NCBI GenBank assembly: GCA_013288205.1
Contig: JABDCH010000001.1
Coordinates: 3,480-67,479, forward strand
Reading direction: 5' to 3'
DNA: 64,000 nucleotides
Source of the DNA: Bacteroidota bacterium
GTDB lineage: Bacteria > Bacteroidota > Bacteroidia > JABEUT01
Below, piece by piece: positions 59,397-64,000 of this stretch (positions within the stretch are counted from its first letter, which is position 1; each line of letters opens with the position of its first letter). The notes beneath the pieces were generated by a model, which was not told the DNA's origin, ran no database searches, and saw nothing but the letters and a program-made list of their open reading frames with translations. The position numbers and the translations under genes were made by a program.

Positions 59397-60647
59397 GTGG
59401 GTTTATACTTTGATATGAAGACCGAAAAAGAAATCATAGCACAATTATTCAGAAATGAATTTTCAAAAATGGTTGCCTTAATGAGCAAACTATTTGGTTT
59501 GCAGTATATCGAAGTAGCCGAAGATATAGTGAGCCAAACCTTTTTAATAGCTGCCGAAACATGGGATAAAAAAGGTATTCCTGAAAATCCCACCGGATGG
59601 CTTTATACAGTTGCTAAACACGAAGCCCACCACTATTTTAAAAGAAACAAAATTTTAAAAGAAAAAATAGTGCCTGAACTGAAAAATACCCAATTCGAAA
59701 AATTCGAAATGCTGGATTTAAATTTTTCAAACGAGAACATTAAAGACAGCCAGCTTCAAATGATGTTTGCTATTTGTAATCCTGCAACAGCACATGAAGC
59801 GCAAATTGGCTTAGCATTAAGAATCCTTTGTGGCTTTAGTATTGATGAAATCGCGGAGGCATTTTTCACAAATAAAGAAACCATCAATAAAAGATTATTC
59901 CGGGCAAAAGAAAAATTAAGGAGCGAAAAAATAAAGTTGGAAATTCCTCACGACAATGAAATCAAAGACCGGCTTGATAATGTTTTGCATATCATATATC
60001 TTCTTTTTAACGAGGGATATTACTCCATTACACAAAACCAGGTATTAAGAAAAGAATTATGCCTTGAGGCTTTGCGTTTGGGAATTATGCTAACTGAATA
60101 CGATAAAACAAATTTGCCTAAAACAAACGCGTTAATCGCTCTGATGTGTTTTCATTCATCCCGGTTTGCTGCCAGGCAAGGGCCAGACAATTCCCAGGTT
60201 TTATATGAGCAGCAGGATAAAGAATTATGGGACAAGAATCTGATAAATCAAGGAGTTTATTTTTTACATAATTCCGCCCGCGGAGAAGAAGTATCTTCTT
60301 ACCACCTGGAGGCGCGAATAGCGGATATGCATTGCCTTCAAGATAACGAAATTGAAAAATGGGAGAAAATATTGCAATTATACAATCAGCTTTTGCAAAT
60401 TAACTATTCGCCCAGCGTTGCGCTTAACAGGACCTATGCCCTATATAAAGTAAAAGGCGCGGAAACAGCTTTGGTTGAAGCGGAGAAATTGAAGTTGGAA
60501 AACAATCACTTCTATTTTACCTTGCTTGGCGAACTTTATAAAAATACTGATTCAGAAAAAGCAAAGATTAATTTTCTGAAAGCCCATGCTTTAGCCAAAT
60601 CTCAAAGCGATAAAGAAACTCTTCTGAGAAAAATTAGTTCGCTTTAA
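59397..60647 (+). CDS. ECF-type RNA polymerase sigma factor with long C-terminal extension (SigJ/ECF56-like architecture)
   Basis: Region-2-like FRNEFSKMVALMSKLFGLQYIEVAEDIVSQTFLIAAETW. Region-4-like ILCGFSIDEIAEAFFTNKETINKRLFRAKEKLR. A ~220-aa C-terminal extension. Flanked by YciI-like genes. Confidence 0.8.
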   Translation: MGLYFDMKTEKEIIAQLFRNEFSKMVALMSKLFGLQYIEVAEDIVSQTFLIAAETWDKKGIPENPTGWLYTVAKHEAHHYFKRNKILKEKIVPELKNTQFEKFEMLDLNFSNENIKDSQLQMMFAICNPATAHEAQIGLALRILCGFSIDEIAEAFFTNKETINKRLFRAKEKLRSEKIKLEIPHDNEIKDRLDNVLHIIYLLFNEGYYSITQNQVLRKELCLEALRLGIMLTEYDKTNLPKTNALIALMCFHSSRFAARQGPDNSQVLYEQQDKELWDKNLINQGVYFLHNSARGEEVSSYHLEARIADMHCLQDNEIEKWEKILQLYNQLLQINYSPSVALNRTYALYKVKGAETALVEAEKLKLENNHFYFTLLGELYKNTDSEKAKINFLKAHALAKSQSDKETLLRKISSL

Positions 60648-60737
60648 AAAAAGTTTCTCCTTCTTGTCCTATTTAGCATTTCGCAATCCTTATTGGGGAG
60701 TAAATCAATCAATAATCCATTAAAACAAAAAAACATC

Positions 60738-61085
60738 ATGGAAAAATTCATGCTCTTATTCAGAGGTAGCGAAGCTTATCAACCGGGCCATTCTCCTGAA
60801 TCTTTACAAACTCTTAAGGAAAAGATGATAGGTTGGGTAATTGAGCTTTCTAAAAAAGGAATTCACGTAGCCAGTGAACCATTGCAACCAACAGGCAAAC
60901 AGGTTAGCGGCACAAAAAAAACAGTAACTGATAGCCCTTTTGGGGGAACGAAAGAAGTTATCGGTGGTTGCACCATTGTGCAGGCAAAGGACATTAATGA
61001 GGCTATCGAAATTGCCAAAGGATGCCCTATCTTAGAATCGAATGCCAACATTGAGGTGCGCCCTCTCCAAAACGTAACAATGTAA
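60738..61085 (+). CDS. YciI-like (YCII-related) protein
   Basis: MEKFMLLFRGSEAYQ...GGCTIVQAKDINEAIEIAKGCPI parallels 59017-59358. Start placed at the internal Met. Confidence 0.7.
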   Translation: MEKFMLLFRGSEAYQPGHSPESLQTLKEKMIGWVIELSKKGIHVASEPLQPTGKQVSGTKKTVTDSPFGGTKEVIGGCTIVQAKDINEAIEIAKGCPILESNANIEVRPLQNVTM

Positions 61086-61185
61086 ATTTTGTTGGTATCA
61101 AACAACAACAATTAAACAAACCGGCTAACCACCTTTTCCGGCACAAGTTGGGAAAGATGGTGGCCGTTTTAACACGGGTTTTTGG
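61068..61185 (+). other. Conserved ~120-nt structured element, copy 1 (candidate cis-regulatory RNA or promoter/terminator module)
   Basis: aatgtaaattttgttggtatcaaacaac...aaaccggctaaccacc-ttttccggcacaagttgggaaag-atggtggccgttttaacac. It is duplicated at 61808-61940 with compensatory changes in the stem. Confidence 0.4.
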
Positions 61186-61220
61186 CTTTATAAATAAAAA
61201 AATATTAAAAATAGAAAAAC

Positions 61221-61781
61221 ATGGGAAAAGTAATCAGTTTAATCAACACCACACCAGACGGCTTTGCAGACGCTCAATTTGTAATTGTCGATGCGGAATT
61301 TTATGAATTTTCACACGGTATATTATCAGACACCGACACAGTTGCCTTTGGCCGTAACACTTTCGAACAGTTCCAGAACCGCTGGCCTGCTATCCTGGAA
61401 AAGAAAGACTCGCCGGAATGGCAAGTGAAAATGGCGAGGGCGCTGCACGACAAATATAAGATAGCCTATTCAACAACGTTGAAAACAACTACATGGAACA
61501 ACTCTACTATTGTACAAAAAATAGATGCAGAACAGATTGACTCTTATAAAATGAAGGGCAAAGGAGGATTACTTACGCTTGGCAGTTTGAATTTGGTTGC
61601 GTCATTAACAGAAATGAACCTAATAGATGACTATTATTTCTGCATGCAGCCAGTCCTCGCTGGTAATGGTGGCGTACGTCTTTTCGACAAAGTGAAACTA
61701 AATACGCCTCGTTCATTAAAATATGTAGATAGTACACAATTAAAATCTGGTGTGCATATTATCCATTATAAGAGCGTATAA
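61221..61781 (+). CDS. Dihydrofolate-reductase-like (RibD C-terminal domain) family protein
   Basis: MGKVISLINTTPDGFAD...VAFGRNTFEQF...LLTLGSLNLVASL matches the bacterial RibD_C/DHFR-like fold. Confidence 0.7.
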   Translation: MGKVISLINTTPDGFADAQFVIVDAEFYEFSHGILSDTDTVAFGRNTFEQFQNRWPAILEKKDSPEWQVKMARALHDKYKIAYSTTLKTTTWNNSTIVQKIDAEQIDSYKMKGKGGLLTLGSLNLVASLTEMNLIDDYYFCMQPVLAGNGGVRLFDKVKLNTPRSLKYVDSTQLKSGVHIIHYKSV

Positions 61782-61807
61782 TAACTTCAGGTATCAGCCA
61801 CAACAGT

Positions 61808-61940
61808 ATCCAAAAAGTGGAAATGTAAACCTTGTTGGAATCAACCAACGAAAGAGTAAGCAAACCGGCTGACCATCTTTTTCGACAGTGCTCGGGCAAG
61901 ATGGCAGCCATTTTAACACACTTTTTGGGGTTTCAACAAT
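61808..61940 (+). other. Conserved ~120-nt structured element, copy 2
   Basis: aatgtaaaccttgttggaatcaaccaac...aaaccggctgaccatc-tttttcgacagtgctcgggcaag-gatggcagccattttaacac. Confidence 0.4.
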
Positions 61941-62010
61941 AGATAGGCAGTTCTCTATTGCAAATTTATAGCACCCTTAATTTTTGCAAAATATATTAAT
62001 ACTATTTATT

Positions 62011-62490
62011 ATGAAAAAGATATTTTTTATTGCAACAGCTCAAATTATCCTGATGTTGTTTTTGGGTTTCAATTGCCAGGCGCAGCAAACTACTAACGCC
62101 AACTTAGAGGAAGCAAAAAAGGCTATAGAGGCAAGTAACGAGATTTATTACCAAGCCTTCGCCAAAGGAGACTCATCCATATTTACCGACCTTTATACAA
62201 AGGATTGCTGGATCATGCCGCCCAATGCCCCAACACTTTGCGGTATAGACGCGCCGCTTGATTTTTTTAAAACGGAATATAATAAGGTAGGTGTTAGAAA
62301 TGGCAGATTTATTACCATTGATGTATTTGGGGATGGAGTGGAATTTGTTACGGAAGAAGGGTTCTGGGAATCATTTGATGCTAACAATAAGTTGTTTGAT
62401 AACGGTAAGTTCCTTGTGCTATGGAAGAAGACCCCGGACGGGTGGAAAATGTTCAGGGATTCATTTAGTAGCGACAGGGACCATAGATAG
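62011..62490 (+). CDS. Secreted SnoaL/NTF2-like (DUF4440-type) protein
   Basis: Signal peptide MKKIFFIATAQIILMLFLGFNCQAQ. The ~130-aa mature domain has the cone-shaped NTF2-like pattern (YYQAFAKGD...WKMFRD). Confidence 0.55.
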   Translation: MKKIFFIATAQIILMLFLGFNCQAQQTTNANLEEAKKAIEASNEIYYQAFAKGDSSIFTDLYTKDCWIMPPNAPTLCGIDAPLDFFKTEYNKVGVRNGRFITIDVFGDGVEFVTEEGFWESFDANNKLFDNGKFLVLWKKTPDGWKMFRDSFSSDRDHR

Positions 62491-62647
62491 AATTCCACCT
62501 TTTGAAACAGCAAATAGATATTTACCTTGTCCAAATCAACCCCTTAAGATGTCTATTTCACACCTCGCTCGGGATGTAAATAAACAAGACCTTTGTATCG
62601 CCAATCTGAAATCAATAATTCATCATAAATAAAATACAAAAAATCAA

Positions 62648-62962
62648 ATGGCAAAAATGACAGTGATTTACAAAACACCAAAGGATATAGAATCTTTTGA
62701 ACGGCATTATTTTGAAGTGCATATACCATTAGCAAAACAATTGCCCGGACTGATAAGGTATGAAATAAATGAGGGTGCAATTGTATCGACAACAGGACAT
62801 ACCGAAACACATCGCATAGCCAACTTATATTTCGACTCGATGGAAGCAATCAAGACTGCTTTTAGTTCGGAAATAGGAAAAAAATGTGCTGCCGACAGAA
62901 AAATTTTAGCGCCCAACAATGAAGACGTTCAGATTTATTTATACGACACAAAAAATACCTAA
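62648..62962 (+). CDS. EthD-family (stress-responsive alpha+beta barrel) protein
   Basis: MAKMTVIYKTPKDIESFERHYFEVHIPLAKQLPGL matches the EthD signature (YxxP.D...F..HY...H.PL). Confidence 0.7.
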   Translation: MAKMTVIYKTPKDIESFERHYFEVHIPLAKQLPGLIRYEINEGAIVSTTGHTETHRIANLYFDSMEAIKTAFSSEIGKKCAADRKILAPNNEDVQIYLYDTKNT

Positions 62963-62980
62963 TATAAAACTATAAACAAA

Positions 62981-63424
62981 ATGACAACAACAGATTTTAC
63001 TACCAGCATCCTGGTAGACAAAAGCCCTAAACAAGTATTCGATGCCATTAACAATGTAGACCAATGGTGGCCCGGAAAAGTAACAGGCAACTCACACAAA
63101 GTGAATGATGAGTTTGAGTATCGCTACGAAGACATCCACTACAGCAAACATAAAGTAACAGAAATGGAACCCGGAAAAAAAGTAGTGTGGCTGGTAACGG
63201 ATAGCAAACTAAATTTTGTACAAGACAAAACCGAATGGACCGGCACCAAGAACATTTTCGATATTTCGGAGAAAGACGGGAAAACATTGTTACGCTTCAC
63301 CCATGCAGGCTTGGTTCCGAAATTTGAATGTTACAAAGACTGCTCCAACGCCTGGACATCCATTATACAAGATAGCCTGTATAGCCTTATCACAACAGGT
63401 AAAGGCAAAATGGATTTGTTTTAG
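62981..63424 (+). CDS. SRPBCC-superfamily (AHSA1/activator-of-Hsp90-ATPase-like) protein, tandem copy 1
   Basis: ILVDKSPKQVFDAINNVDQWWPGKV...KVVWLVTDS... 147 aa. Confidence 0.8.
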   Translation: MTTTDFTTSILVDKSPKQVFDAINNVDQWWPGKVTGNSHKVNDEFEYRYEDIHYSKHKVTEMEPGKKVVWLVTDSKLNFVQDKTEWTGTKNIFDISEKDGKTLLRFTHAGLVPKFECYKDCSNAWTSIIQDSLYSLITTGKGKMDLF

Positions 63425-63456
63425 TACACCATAAAAACCTTTATTATATATAACCC

Positions 63457-63900
63457 ATGAGCAAAGATTTCACTACTACCATTGTGGTAGACCAAAACCC
63501 AAAACAAGTATTTAACGCAATTACTAATCCTCAGGCCTGGTGGACGGGTGAAATCAAGGGCAGTACAACCAAACTCAACGATGAGTTCACTTACCGTTAT
63601 AAAGAACTTCATATGTCAAAGCAAAGAATAGTTGAAATGATCCCTGATCGAAAAGTAGTATGGCTTGTTACTGAAAGTCAAATTAATTATGCCCAAGACA
63701 AAAGGGAATGGACCGGCACAAAAATGAGTTTTGAAATATCTGAACTGGAGAACAAAACTCAGCTCCATTTTACTCACCTGGGATTAAATCCCGAAATTGA
63801 GTGTTTCGACAGTTGTTCAAATTCATGGAGCCAACTTATCCGGCAGGGTTTATTTAGTTTAATCACCACAGGAAAAGGCAAGGAGATCCTTTTAGGGTGA
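63457..63900 (+). CDS. SRPBCC-superfamily (AHSA1-like) protein, tandem copy 2
   Basis: About 65% identical to 62981-63424 (IVVDQNPKQVFNAITNPQAWWTGEI...KVVWLVTES...). Confidence 0.8.
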   Translation: MSKDFTTTIVVDQNPKQVFNAITNPQAWWTGEIKGSTTKLNDEFTYRYKELHMSKQRIVEMIPDRKVVWLVTESQINYAQDKREWTGTKMSFEISELENKTQLHFTHLGLNPEIECFDSCSNSWSQLIRQGLFSLITTGKGKEILLG

Positions 63901-64000
63901 AATTTAAGGCATAGGACTACTTCGTAGCCTTTGCCTATTCCATAATACAAGTCTAAAATTAGCAGTATAATTAAAATATTGAATTATGAATATAGGAATT

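Overview
This 64-kb window looks like a Bacteroidota chromosome segment, most likely from a gliding, type IX secretion system (T9SS)-bearing Sphingobacteriia/Chitinophagia-type organism. It is dominated by cell-surface cargo genes. Three giant paralogous adhesins (1-3587 as a partial gene, 3960-7943, 27748-31722) carry SprB repeats, a PKD domain and a type-B gliding-motility C-terminal domain. At least seven further genes carry type-A T9SS C-terminal sorting domains, and five of these tails are near-identical at the DNA level. Other content: a hybrid sensor kinase; a frameshifted REP-associated tyrosine transposase (RAYT) with a REP hairpin array; tRNA-Leu(CAA) with an adjacent GIY-YIG gene and a disrupted partial tRNA duplicate; three thioredoxin-fold redox genes; two ABC ATPases; a TPR protein; and a 13-gene co-directional operon (31809-42403). 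That operon encodes a NeuB-like synthase, a short-chain dehydrogenase/reductase (SDR), a class-III aminotransferase, a split transketolase, an acylneuraminate/SpsF-type cytidylyltransferase, two paralogous GT-B-fold transferase-like proteins, a fatty-acid-hydroxylase-family enzyme and a sphingomyelinase-like phosphoesterase. This is my best candidate for an uncharacterised glycan or polyol-phosphate headgroup pathway. A ChlI-like AAA+ ATPase plus von Willebrand A (vWA) gene pair sits inside a block of T9SS beta-propeller genes. The right end holds an ECF-sigma/YciI stress cluster with a duplicated ~120-bp structured element. No CRISPR arrays or rRNA were seen. All calls are from reading the ORF translations and raw sequence; no database searches were run.
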